The position numbers and the translations under genes are program-made. From positions 1-47,846 of the forward strand of contig JAHBMJ010000447.1 of the NCBI GenBank assembly GCA_018398765.1: a DNA stretch of 47,846 bases. Direction: 5' to 3'. Shown here piece by piece: positions 23,495 to 35,154 of the stretch. The stretch is from Chromera velia (taxonomy: Eukaryota). Positions within the stretch are counted from its first letter, which is position 1. The number at the start of each line of letters is the position of its first letter. The notes beneath the pieces were generated by a model, which was not told where the DNA came from, made no database searches, and saw nothing but the letters and a program-made list of their open reading frames with translations.

Positions 23495-26400
23495 AAGCAG
23501 ACTGCCGACTCTGCGGATTCCCCCCTCTCTCTGTCTGCTGAGGCGGGTGAGAAGGAGAACGACAAGAAGGGGACTGAAGAAGAAACAATAACAGACGATG
23601 ACAAAAAGAAAGAGAAGGAGAAGGAGACTGATCTCTTGAGCGCCGCAGCGACGCCTTTCGACCTCTTCCTCCTCAATCTATCAGTTAGTAGACTTACACC
23701 TGCAGGGACTTAGGGCCGTTCGTTTTTCTTCCCGCGAACCCGTTACATTCTGAGCTAGCTCTCTTCCCTGCATAACGCGTCATGCCGCTGTATGGCTTGT
23801 GAAAGGTTGTGTGCCTGCATGCATGGGTCTGCAATTCCCCATACAGACAGACCACTGTTGTCAGACAGACCACTGTTGTCTGTCTCTCTGTGTGTGTGTC
23901 TGTCTGTCTATCCGTCTCTCTGTCTGTCTATTTGTCTGGCTGGCTATCTGCTGTCAGAAATACTTCCGAGGCAACCATTCGATCGATTCTTTGCTGTGAG
24001 GTTCAACTATGTCGCTGACCTCTCTCTCTCTCTCTCTCTCCCCCCTCCCCTCTGTCTCTGGCTTCCCTTTTGTGTGCTTTTCTTCCCACTTTGCTTCCCT
24101 CTTCTTGCCAAGTCACGGAGGAGAGGCTGCTGTCGAAGAGGCCCCTGATCTCCTCATCATGTTGGCATCATATCATTCTCTCTCTCCGCCTCTGCAAGCA
24201 ACCCTCTTCTCCTGTACGGCTCTTCCCCATGCAACGAACGCTTTGGTTGCAGAGAACAGAGCCGATCGCAGAGGAAATCGACAAGCTCGCAGAAGAATTC
24301 TTCATGCAGATGAATTCAAAAACAAACAGGCAAGGAGGGNNNNNNNNNNNNNNNGGGGGGCAAATACGAGGATCCTTCCTTGCGCTTGGTTTTCTTGTTT
24401 TTTATGTATACTTGCTTGAGTGCGATAGAGCGTCCTGGTCTGTTTGCTCTCTGCCTTCCTCGGCCTTTTCGCGTCATCTCCCCTATGTCGCGTGCGGAAA
24501 GAGACCAAGTGACCACAAAACTTCATGCTGCTCCTTCAAGTGATCGCTGTGCGCTTCTGGTCCTCCAAACTGCCTGACTGCGTGTGGTGTGTGCAGGAAG
24601 AAACTGGCATCCCATCTTTGGGGGAACAGACGGAGGCCCGACCTGAACCTCCTGCCTGTCTACTCCCGCTTCATACGCCTCATCCATCCTTATTGCAGAG
24701 AGGTTGGAGGGAGGGGGAAGGGAATCTTTGTGTCTGTGCGTTCTTTGAGTTTTCGTCCTTTTGAGTGGGTCTATCAAGTTGACTGAAAACTGAATGATTG
24801 CGCCCACACTTCGTTTTTTGTATCTTTCCTCTCTCCCTCATTGCAACGCACAAAATGGCCGTCTGACCATGTCTCCCTGACACATGTACCTCCACACGTG
24901 CAGGTGGGATCTTCCGTTCTGTCTGCCCTCCAGAAAGAATTCGCAGCGCTGCTGAACGAGAAGAATCCCACAGAGGCCGCACTCGACGCGAAGGTCTGTT
25001 TTTTGTTGGTGGAAGAGAGGAGAAGGGAGGGGAGCAATACAGATCCTAGACGTGGAGAAAGCGTATGTGTGCTTCTTTTCTTTGTATAAGGGCATTTTTG
25101 GACAGACAAGCATTTTTTTTTCTCCCTTTATCATTTAATCTGTTCATTGAATCACCCGTACAAATAAATGTGCAGATCAAGAACGTTCGTTACCTCGCTG
25201 AGCTTGTCAAGTTTGGCGTTGCCCCTGCCGGGTTGATCCTCGATGCCTTCGGGAGGATGTTGGATGACTTCACTGCACATCACGTTGAGTTGGCAGTCAA
25301 TATCTGTATCGTCAGTCTCTTTTGGGGAGAGGGGGGGGGATGTGGTTGGGCATTCATGTTTAAAATCTTTTTGGTGCCCCCAGGTGATATGTCGTGGATC
25401 GGTGGGCTCTTTCCACGCATCTGGGTTGAACCTTGATTTCTCTTTTTTTGTTTTGAGAGTCGGTGCATCACAAATCGTCAGGGAGGTCTCGGGAGTTAGC
25501 GATGACATGGGCGTGCGGGCGTGCGGAGCTGGTTTCCGCAAAACATCTCTGCCTGTCGGTGTGCGCGCATTTTGTTTTTTCTTTCTTAGATGCGGAGAAG
25601 CAATGATTTAGCCTAGAGATGAGGTCCTGTTCATTTCGGCAGCTACTCTCTGTCTTCCACCATCTTCCTTGAAATATGTCTGTCTGTTTTCTTCCTTGCA
25701 CGCACAGCCTCTCCCTCTGCTTGCATATTCCTGCAGGGCTGTGGGCGCTTTCTCATGTATACAAAGGAAACGAGCACGCGAACCCAGAATCTCCTTGATG
25801 TCAGTCTGTCAGTAGAAACGCACTTCAGTTTTCCTTACGGTTGCTTTGTGGGTGTTTATCGACTCTGCGGTGTGCTGCTATTGGGCTTTGCTTCCGTGTG
25901 ACAAATCAGCACTTTCTGCCGCTCCCGGTTTTGTCTCTTTTTCGTGCTCATCTCGCCGTGTTCTTTTTGTGTGTGCAGAAAATGATGAGACTAAAAAGCG
26001 CCCGCTCAGTGTCGACACGGCTGGAGGTGATGATCGAGGATGCGTACTTTCAGGTGTGTATGTGTGTGTGCGTGTGTGTGTGTGTGTGGTTCTGAATTTG
26101 TTTGTGTGTGCATGGAGGGGTAGAGATGTGGTGACCGTCTTTTCCTCGCATTGCGCCTGTGAATGTTCTTGTCTGCCTGCCTGCCCGCCTTTTTGCCTTT
26201 CTGCTGATGAGTCCCTGTCTCCTGTTTGTTTGTTCTTTTTTTCATCCTCTCCTTCCTACCGCCTCCTGTCCTTCCCCCTCCCTTCCTTGGCGACTGCAGG
26301 TACGCCCGACGGAAAGGAAGAAAGTGGTTCTGAAAGAACGCCCCGTGATGAGACAATTCATCGATCACGTCGTCCATTCGATGGTGTACAAGTCAGTCAG

Positions 26401-26915
26401 TCAGACGGACAGGTAGGCAGGCAGGCGCTGATGGGTCGCTCACCCATCTCGCTCGTTCGTCGATCGATAAGTTGTCGTGTCGTCGTCTTCCTTTACTTCA
26501 CTCCCGGCCGTCTGGAAACCTGCCTCTTGCTCGTTTTCTTTTTCTTTTTATTCACTTCTCAGTAGAATGGATGAATGGCCGATTGATTGCATGATTGAAT
26601 GAGTTCGTGAATGGAAAAACGGACGATGCAGAGAGGACGAGGACTCGGTGCTCAAGCTGATTCGAAAACTTGACTGGGGAGACCCGAAGGTCGTCAAGTG
26701 GCTGAGGAAAGCGATGCTCGGTCGGTCTGAAACAGACAGGAAGGACTACAGGAGACGGGTTTGGATGTCTGCAGAGCACCCTGCTCTTTTGTTTTTCGTT
26801 TCTTTTCTCACACACAAACCACGTATTCCTCTTCTTTGCGACTGCTGGTGAGCACTCGCCCTTCCATCTGCATTGCGTCATCCAGTCTGTGTCCGCATTT
26901 CGGGCCGCGCCTCAC

Positions 26916-26950
<35 letters not shown>

Positions 26951-29900
26951 TGCGTGTGCGTGCAGACCTGGACATGCATGGCGACTACGCGCGTCTCCAC
27001 TGCCTGGCCTGTCTTCTTTCTGGCCTGGCAAGGTACAGGGACGCGTTCGTGATAGAAGTCATCGATGGTCTGATGGAGGACATTCAGGTCAGGCAGTTGA
27101 GTACTAACTCATTTACTTTTTTACTCGCACACTTGTACGACTGCATGACTTGCTCGACATGTTGGAGGGGAGAAGGCCAGCATGAGGAACTGCGCTTTTC
27201 TTCTCTTCTAGTTGGCAGGACGCCAGTTGCAAAGGATGAGCGTCAAGCTTTGACCTATTGCTTATGCATTGATGAATGGACTGTGAGACTGCCTTGGTGG
27301 CTGGCGCTTTGGAAAGGGTGTTGGGCAGCGAGCTCCCTTTCCGAGTGATCACTACTTCTGTGCATCTGCGTGTCTGTCCTCTCTCCCTCTCTGTGTGTGT
27401 GCAGGTATCCCTAGAGAAGGCAGATTTTCGGGAGAGTCCCAAGAGAGTCAGGCAGGTGCGCCTGTTGGGGGAGCTGTACTGCTACAGGTCAGTGCGTCTC
27501 TTTTCTTTTCTGCGTGTCTCTCTCTCTGTGAGTCTGGCTATCTTCTGCACTCTCTAAACTCGAATTCCGCGGAGGGAAGTGAGTCGTGCTCAGGAGGGAA
27601 ATGTTCTTGGTCCCTCTCTCCTTCTGTCTTGTTGCAAGCAGGCTTGTAGACTCTGCCGTGATCTTCGACTGTCTCTATCACCTGATCGGACTCGGGGGAG
27701 CCTCTGCGTACCAGTGCGGGTCTGCCAAACACGCGGCGGCACTGATGAATGAGAATCAACGGATGGACGAAATCCACGCAGGTCAGTCAGTACGTCTTTC
27801 ACAAAGGACTTTTCTGAAGGCCGTTCATTCAGAGTGTCTGACATAAGGCTGACGGACTGGTTGCAACCGTGTAGCAGTGATCGCCTACACGCTTCCTCTG
27901 TATCTGTGTATCTGCGTGCTTAGCTGAACATGTCTTGGTGAAGACGGATGCGGTGGACGGCACATCAGGACTGTTCAAGATGAATGTGTTGCTCCTGCTT
28001 CCCTTGCGCTTGCCTGTCTGACTTCCTGCAGGAGGACTGGGAGGTCGTCCGATGAAGGCAATCATGGAGGAGGACGAGGAGGAGGGAGAAGAGGAGGCAG
28101 ACGATGAGGGTCGGTTTGCTTGAGTGGTTGAGTGGATCGTTTTTCTGGGGGCGGGTTCATGTGGGAACAGACAGATGGATGCGTAAGGGGTGGGAGAAGG
28201 AGTGGAAAGGCAACGCAGCCCTTGACTTGACGAAAGCAAAGCTTGCCGTTTCAATTCATTTGTCGTCTCTGTCCAACTCGCCCCCCGGAGCGGAGTGCAT
28301 CTGTACACAACATACCAATACGTGAGTGTATGTGGATCTGTGTGGTTTTGGTACACGGACCTAGACTTCCTTCCAAGCATTAAAGGCAGCTTCATGTGTG
28401 AATGTCTGGGGACGTTTTCTGCTTTTTTTTTCCTCGTCTTTTCTCTGACTGAACAAATCGGGTATTCTCTCTCATGGCTGGAGCTTTTTCTTTCGTAGTT
28501 TGACTCTTGCTGTTAGACATGATCCCATGCTTCTTTCTTTCCCTGCCCTGTTTCTCTGCAGAAAAAGAAAAGCTGGGAGACTCCACTGGCCCTGCGGCAC
28601 CTCTTTCAAGTCAGTGAGACCCCCTCTTTCTTTCTCCTCTCTGTGTCGCCTTCTTGCATCACTCAAAAATGGAGTCTTCTAAAGAGTTTTATTCCTGCAT
28701 GTGCCTGCTGATGTTGCACTTCTTCCTCTCCACGGTATGATTTCTTTTTTTCTCCTTCCTCTGATTTGTTCCCTCTCCAGTAGGTTTGAAGTGTCTGTCT
28801 CTTTGTCTCTCTCTGTCTGTCCATCTCCCAATCCTCTAGCTGCACGAGTGTGCCTATCTGCCAGCTTCCCTGCCTGCCTGCCTGCCTGCCTGCGTACCTC
28901 ACCTCTTCTTGGTTTCTGCAGGGGAGATGCTCCGCTACTTGTGGAACCCCATGGCCCCGTTCGAGCCTCCCAACGACTTCTTTCGCATCCGCCTCGTCTG
29001 CATGATTCTGCAATCGGTCGGTCGGTCGGTTGCTTGGTCGGTCGGGGGGAGTGAGTGAGTGAGGGAGGGAGGGAGGGAGGGAACATGTGGTCGTCTGATT
29101 TATTGGAGACGTCGGGGGCACAGTGGAGAAGCCCTTGGTAGCACCCGACTTGCTTTTGACCTTCGGATCGAAATAGGCATTTGACTTTGTTTGTATTTGT
29201 GCAGATAGGGCAGTACTTCTCAAAAGGAGGCGCCCGTGTGAAGCTGGACAGGTGGGAGGGATGACACGCTGGTTCAGTGGGTCTTTCGCCCTCTTTTGAT
29301 TCTGTCGAGTTTCTTCTCATTCGATCATGTTTCTTCATTTTTCCCTTCCTGCTGTTTGTGATGAGTGATCAGTAAGTGATAAGTAATAAGTGATTTATTG
29401 GTGCCCTAGGACACTGTCGCCGTTTTATTTTTTAGAGGTCGCCCCCGATCCTCCGAAGACCGTGCCCTCCCTTCCTCCGTGTTCTTCTTCGCCTTCTTTG
29501 AATCCTTTCGTTCGTTTGTGTACATGGATGTATGAGAACAGTTCCTTCCAGCAGCTGGTTTGCTGAACTCTTTTGGCTTCTGTGCAAATTTGGAAGGTCG
29601 CGGCTGCATGTATGCGTGCATGTGCGTGTTTCTGTGGCCCGTGGATGATACAAATGAGTGCGTTTCTCCTTTCTGTTCTTTCAGGTTTCTCCTCTTTTTC
29701 CAGAGATATCTCCTCTTCAGGGTCAGTCCATGAATCTGCATGCATGGAAAGATTGAAGAAATCTGAGATGGAAAGATTGAGTGGGTAGGTGATGATGATT
29801 GCGAGACAAGCACTGAAAGAAAAACCAACCGGCTTTCCTTGTCCTTTTCCTTTCCTTCAGCAGAGGTTGAGAGATCATAGTCGTTTTAGCCACAGTCATC

Positions 29901-30015
29901 CGTGGACTCTCTGTGTGTAGGTCTCTGCCCTTGACCGTCGTTTTCTCTCTCCTTCATTCAGTCTTGCTGCCTGTCAGATGACAGCCAAACTCTCCCTCTG
30001 TCTACCTCTCCCTCT

Positions 30016-30046
<31 letters not shown>

Positions 30047-31786
30047 CCTCTACCTCTCCCTCTCCCTCTCCCTCTCCCTCCAGTGATCGACGGCCTTCTT
30101 GTATGTTTCCTGTATGTACGTTTTTGTATCCCCCTTGCTTCCCCTCCCTGGCTCCCCCCTCAAATCCTGCAGGGCCAACTCCCCATGAGAGTCGGGCACC
30201 TGGTGAAGGACACCATCGAGGACCTCAGACCTCAAGTGAGTGAGTGAGTCTGCATGCCAGTGCGTGCGTCAGTGAGGGAGGGGCTTGGTGGTTCTGAGGG
30301 CAGGCATCATGTGCGTGTGTGGGGTTGTGAAGCTTCTTTGCATCACGTTGGGGTTCAGGTTCATTTGAACAGTAGGGAAGAAGTGATTCTGTGTCACGGG
30401 AGGATTTCACTCTTGCTTTGCCTCCTTTCTCTTGTCCCCCAGTTTTTGTTTGTTTATTGGGCTTCGATCTTACTTGACAGTCCTCCGCTGTGGCTGTCGG
30501 TGCACGCACGCTTCCCCCCGTCTCACCTTTTCGCGCTCTCTCTCTCTCTCCCTGTCTCTCAGATGGTGCTGCACAAGACTCTGGAGGAGAGCGACGATGC
30601 GATCCTCTTGGTTCTGCAGGAAGAGGCCAAACACCTGCAGGTGAGGGGGGAGTGGTCAAGGGGGGGGGTGGAAGGAAGCTGATTGGATGAGGGCGGAAGG
30701 GGCAGTCCGTCTGTCCGTTCAAACGTTCGTTCCTTATTTTTTCATCGCATACAATTGGGCCGCCGTCGTGACGGTAGAAAAGACAAGTGGAAGGAACCCT
30801 TCCTCTCTCTCTCTTTTTATCTGTCAGGTATGAGAGGGTCGGTCCTTTAGCTCTGCATGTGCATTCCCTCCACTCTCTCTCTGCTTGTGTGTGCGTGTTC
30901 GTGATTGCGTTGCAGGACGGGGATGAGGACGGGATCGGAGGGGGTGATGATGAGGGAGAGGAAGAGGAGTCAACAGAGGAAGAGGAGAGCGAGGAAGGTC
31001 GGTCGGTCGGTCGGTTTGTTTGTCTTGGCTTCTGAATCAACCGTTTTCTTTTCTTTTGTCTCTCTGCCTGTCTGAATGGATGGAACAGAAGGCCTGTTTC
31101 GCTGTCGTTCTGTTTGCCTTTTTCCCATGTGCCGATGAATTCACCCAACCAATCGCTTGTCCCTCTGTATGTATCAGAAGGATCTGTATTCATTGACTGT
31201 CTTTTTTCCTGCCGTTCAAAATCTATGGCGACACAGTATGTGGCCTCGTTTTTGTTTTTTTTTTGGTTCGTCGTTTCCCCACATGCTCGTCCTTGTCACG
31301 CCCGATGCAGCCCTTCTCATCAGATTTGCCCCTCCCTTTCTATTTTTGCTCCTGGTTGTCTGACCCGACTTGCCTACCTGGCTGCCTGCCTGAATTCAGG
31401 AGGGGATTCCGATTTGGACTCTGAGGATGAAGACGCAGACGGGGCAGACGACGAAAACGAGGAGGACGATCCGGACTATGACAGGAAGAGAATGCAGGTG
31501 GGGGGGGGGGGNGGGGGGGGGGGGGGCTGCATAGTGTCTGCGTGCGCTTGCGTTCTTTGCTTGTCTGACAATTTCTCTCTGTCTGTCTATCGACTGTCTG
31601 TCCGTCTGTGCAGGCGGCAGAAGAGGAGCCCGACGAATTCGAGGAGGCAATGAAGGATCTGATCAAGGACTCTCTCGTGGAGGCCCGCAACCAGGGAGCA
31701 TCCAAGAGAATGGTCAGACAGACAGACAAAGGGGGGGGAAGGAGGGACAGGCGGGAATACACACACACACACGCGCGCGCGCGCGC

Positions 31787-31819
<33 letters not shown>

Positions 31820-32610
31820 GTAAGGCAGGACACAGGGGGGAAGCTTCGGAAGACAGACTTTCTCCTCGCATCTCTGTTTCTGCAACAGGTTTGGCGGTGA
31901 AGTTTTTGACCTTCTCTTCTGGTGTGTCTTCTGCCGGATCCGGGTCCATCCCCCTGGGGCAAAGGAGCGGCAGAGAAGCTGCACTCTCTTCTTTTCTCTG
32001 TCTCTCTTCCTCTTTGGTGGACCTTCCTTGTGAACACTCTTCTCTCTCTCTCTCTCTCTCTCTCTGTGCATATCTATCTCTCTGCAGTTCACCCAAGGTC
32101 TTGCAGTCGCACAGTCAAAGCGCGGTAGCGGGAGTCAATTTGTGATTGAGAGCGAGAGGGACGGAGACGGCAGCAGAGCGGCGGGGGGACATGTGCCTGC
32201 ATCGGTAGGGGGGGGAGGGCGGGTGAAGGGCTTTGTGCATGTAGGGGCTTTAGTCGCTAATATTTCTTTTGATTCGTTCTCTCTGCGCTTCGCCTCTTTT
32301 CTTTCCACTTCATCCGTCAGTTGGGAAAGAAAGACAGAGGAACGAACGAACGAACGAACGAGGAAGAGGGTCCATCTATCCATCCATCTATCCATGCACA
32401 CTAACTGACTGCCCCCTCTGATATGATGTTTTGTGTCCTGCATGCATGGGCATTCATTCGAGCTTTTCTTTTTCTTTCTGCCTGCAGAGCGACGACGGAG
32501 AGGGAGAAAGGGAAGGGATGACTGACGGAGAAGCTCCGAGGCAGAGTGATGACAATGAGGAGGTGTGTGTGGATGATTTCTCTCTCTGTCTCTTTCTCTC
32601 TTTCTCTCTG

Positions 32611-32645
<35 letters not shown>

Positions 32646-34401
32646 GCGTGTGCGTGTGAGTGCGTTGCCCCTACCAACCTGGTACTTAGAGTTGGATTCC
32701 AAAGTCCCAGAGTGTCAATTGTCTCTCTCACACATTGAAGCTTGAAGAAAAGAACCATTTCCCTTCCTCCCCGTCCCTTTTTGAGTTCTGCAGAGTGCGG
32801 TTGCGAGGTCCCGCACGTTTGTTCGTTTTGGTCTTTTGCGGAGAGGGGGGGGCGTGAGGGGGGAGGTGAGGGTACCGACATCGGACAAGCTCGTGAGATC
32901 TGCATTTGCAAAGAGGGCAGGAGAGGAGAAGGAGAGGGAAGAAGTCAAGTCGAGGGTCATGCAGGTTGGTACGTAGGGATGGGCGACGGAAGCCTGTCCG
33001 GTCTTGAGTGTGCGTGTGTGAAAGAGGGCTATGGATTCTCGTCGTCTCCTTTTTTTTGTTTTTCTCCTTTTTTTCCCTTCTCGCTGCTACTTTTGCTTGA
33101 ATCCATGGGAGCAGGGCGAGGATGCATTGAGGGGGCAGCAGAAATGAAGGTGGGTGCATCCATATGAGCGTGCCTGTAACAAAGCATCACATCATGCACC
33201 GGACTCAAACAAACAGCCGTCTCTGTAATCAGCAATTGCGAGATCCAAACGCTGTTCGTTCGGTTGCTCAGGCAGGGAATCAAAACTTCTTTCTGTCCTT
33301 CGGGACTGGGGAGGACTAGAGAAACATTCTTGATTTCTGAACGCAATTGTCAGATGATATTGCAGAGAGAGAAGTATTTTGTTTCTGGCCTTTGAACTTC
33401 CCTCCCTGTGGGCAGGCTGTGGGGAGACAGGAGGAGGCAGGCTACTCATACATTTATTCTGTTCTTTAAAAAGAATTCTGCATGAAAATAAATGCATGCA
33501 GGCTGTGGGGAGACAGGAGGAGGCAGACTACTCCGAGAAGATCCAGAACCTTCAGACAGCAGGGTTTTTCGTGGGGGGGGAGAGGGAGGGGGGACACGGG
33601 CACCGGAAGAAAAAGGGACACTCGGTAAGCTGCCTTGTTTCTTTTCTTTCTCCGGTCTGTTCTCCATTCCTTCATTGATCCCTTCGTCCATCCACTCATT
33701 CCTGAGAAGTGAAAGAAAGGAGAATTGACCTGCCAACATTTCATGACTTCACAGACAGCTTTTCCCGGCTCTTGCGGTATTCTTTTACTGTAAGTGTTAA
33801 TTGCAAAGTTCCTCTCACTTACACGCGGATTACCGCTCTTCGTTGCAACTTCTTTGTTGCATTTCTTTGCAGTCTACGTCTGAGTGTCCACATTTCAATC
33901 GAATGAAGTGAAGCTTATCCGCCTTCTTCCTCGATCCTTGTTTTTTTGCTTGTCCTTGTAGAATGAATCGGCCTTGATAGTCTAGATGAAATGAGGAAGT
34001 TCGATTTGATTTGATTTTTTGTTCTTTGACTTTTTTCCTTTGTTCCTTCAAATTGCAGATGTACTCCCAGCCTGGGGAGGGACAGCCACGTCAGTCGAAG
34101 ATCATGGTCTTTTGGGGGGGGGGGACTGCAAAACTCTGGCTCGGCGTTTCACATTCGATTGAACAACGGAAAATCTGAATGGTTCTTCTTCTCTCTCCTT
34201 GCATGTCGTCTCGTCTTGGTTGTGCCTCCGCGTCTGCTCCTGGGTAGCCTTTTTTGTTGGATCGAGTGCGCGGATTAGAAGTTTGAATTTTGTTTTTTTC
34301 AATGTTTTTACCCGCACCACTTCTGAGACACGCGATGGCTTCTGTGCGTCTCTGCAGGGACAATGCATCTGACATATGGGAACTTCCGGCGGCGAGGATA
34401 G
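18281..34401 (+). CDS. UPF2: Nonsense-mediated decay factor UPF2 (three MIF4G domains, acidic tail, C-terminal UPF1-binding region), 37 exons, about 1376 aa
   Basis: Exons 18281-18896, 19235-19320, 20185-20318, 20533-20704, 21134-21190, 21464-21537, 21912-22012, 22415-22532, 22852-23083, 23501-23683, 24253-24329, 24597-24702, 24904-24993, 25176-25310, 25737-25799, 25979-26053, 26300-26391, 26632-26720, 26966-27087, 27405-27487, 27642-27781, 28032-28109, 28562-28609, 28922-29016, 29205-29251, 29685-29721, 30173-30235, 30563-30640, 30916-30997, 31400-31497, 31614-31712, 32088-32204, 32488-32562, 32794-32964, 33502-33624, 34059-34089 and 34358-34401 join in frame (4131 nt). UPF2 motifs: DKSIQKISNFKNRLK, WEDAGDRKFYEDVLDLK, IKNVRYLAELVKF, VLKLIRKLDWGD, LLGELYCYR, PPNDFFRIRLVC, VRVPTSDKL. 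The low-complexity exons are less certain. Confidence 0.93.
19321..20040. repeat. About 700-bp compound (TTTC)n/(TTGC)n polypyrimidine microsatellite in UPF2 intron 2
   Basis: Directly visible. It generates the spurious F/L/S-rich and K/E/R-rich ORFs in the track. Confidence 0.97.
21512..21622 (+). repeat. 40-bp perfect direct duplication spanning the UPF2 exon 6 3' end and donor
   Basis: GTCGTGGAACCAGAAGCCATGTCGAGGTCAGCAGAGAGGG occurs at 21512-21551 and 21583-21622 with a 31-nt A-rich spacer. Confidence 0.95.
24340..24354. other. Assembly gap (N run) in UPF2 intron 11
   Basis: 15 N bases flanked by G runs. Confidence 0.99.
33412..33533 (+). repeat. 36-bp direct duplication (1 mismatch) spanning the UPF2 exon 35 acceptor and 5' end
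   Basis: GCAGGCTGTGGGGAGACAGGAGGAGGCAG(G/A)CTACTC occurs at 33412-33447 and 33498-33533 with a 50-nt spacer. Confidence 0.95.
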
Positions 34402-35154
34402 GTACGCTAAATAGGGGAAAATATTTCCCCGTTGAAAGCTTTGTTTAAAACGAAAACTTGAATAGTCAAACTTTAACAAAATGCAATAGTGCACTATTCG
34501 TTGTACAAACATCATTTTTATGTTGTCAATTATACTATAGTTCAGTTAATAAAAAAAAAAGCAGCATTATGAGTTTTGATACTTGTAGTAAAATCTTTAA
34601 TGAAATTATGATTAAAAGATTGACAAAAATTTTTATAATGAATTAAATTGTTTTTTTTTTAATAAAAAGCTAGATACAAAGTTAGTGCTGCATGTGCCCT
34701 GAGTGAACTGTCGTCAGGTTAGAGCTAGGGTTAGAGGGGCTAATTAAAAGATTATAGTACAAATTATGAAGTAATTTTTAATTTTTTGTTTTTCTTTTTG
34801 AAAAAACGAACTTGAAGGAACACAAATTTACGTATGTCGGAGCAAGTGATTGACGCTGCAAATCCTTTTCTAGATCGTTTTTTGAAATTTGAATAAAAAC
34901 ATAAAATATATGTAGTTGTATCTAGAGTTGTATTCTAGGTTGTATTAGTCTATTATATGTATCAAAGGGTAATTAAAAATAATTGAATAGACTAGTGAAT
35001 AGAGTTAGTAATACAGAATTTATTAGTTGAATTATAACTTGAAAAAATATATATATAGTCATCAATTCTGGTAACAAATGCTGAAATGCATCCATAGCGG
35101 GAAGGCCACGTTCAAGGCCTAGCGCGGAACATATGAATATATATATATATATAT

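Noticed and set aside
23845..23881. 18-bp tandem duplication CAGACAGACCACTGTTGT
   Set aside because: Simple intronic slippage with no spacer motif and no splice-site involvement.
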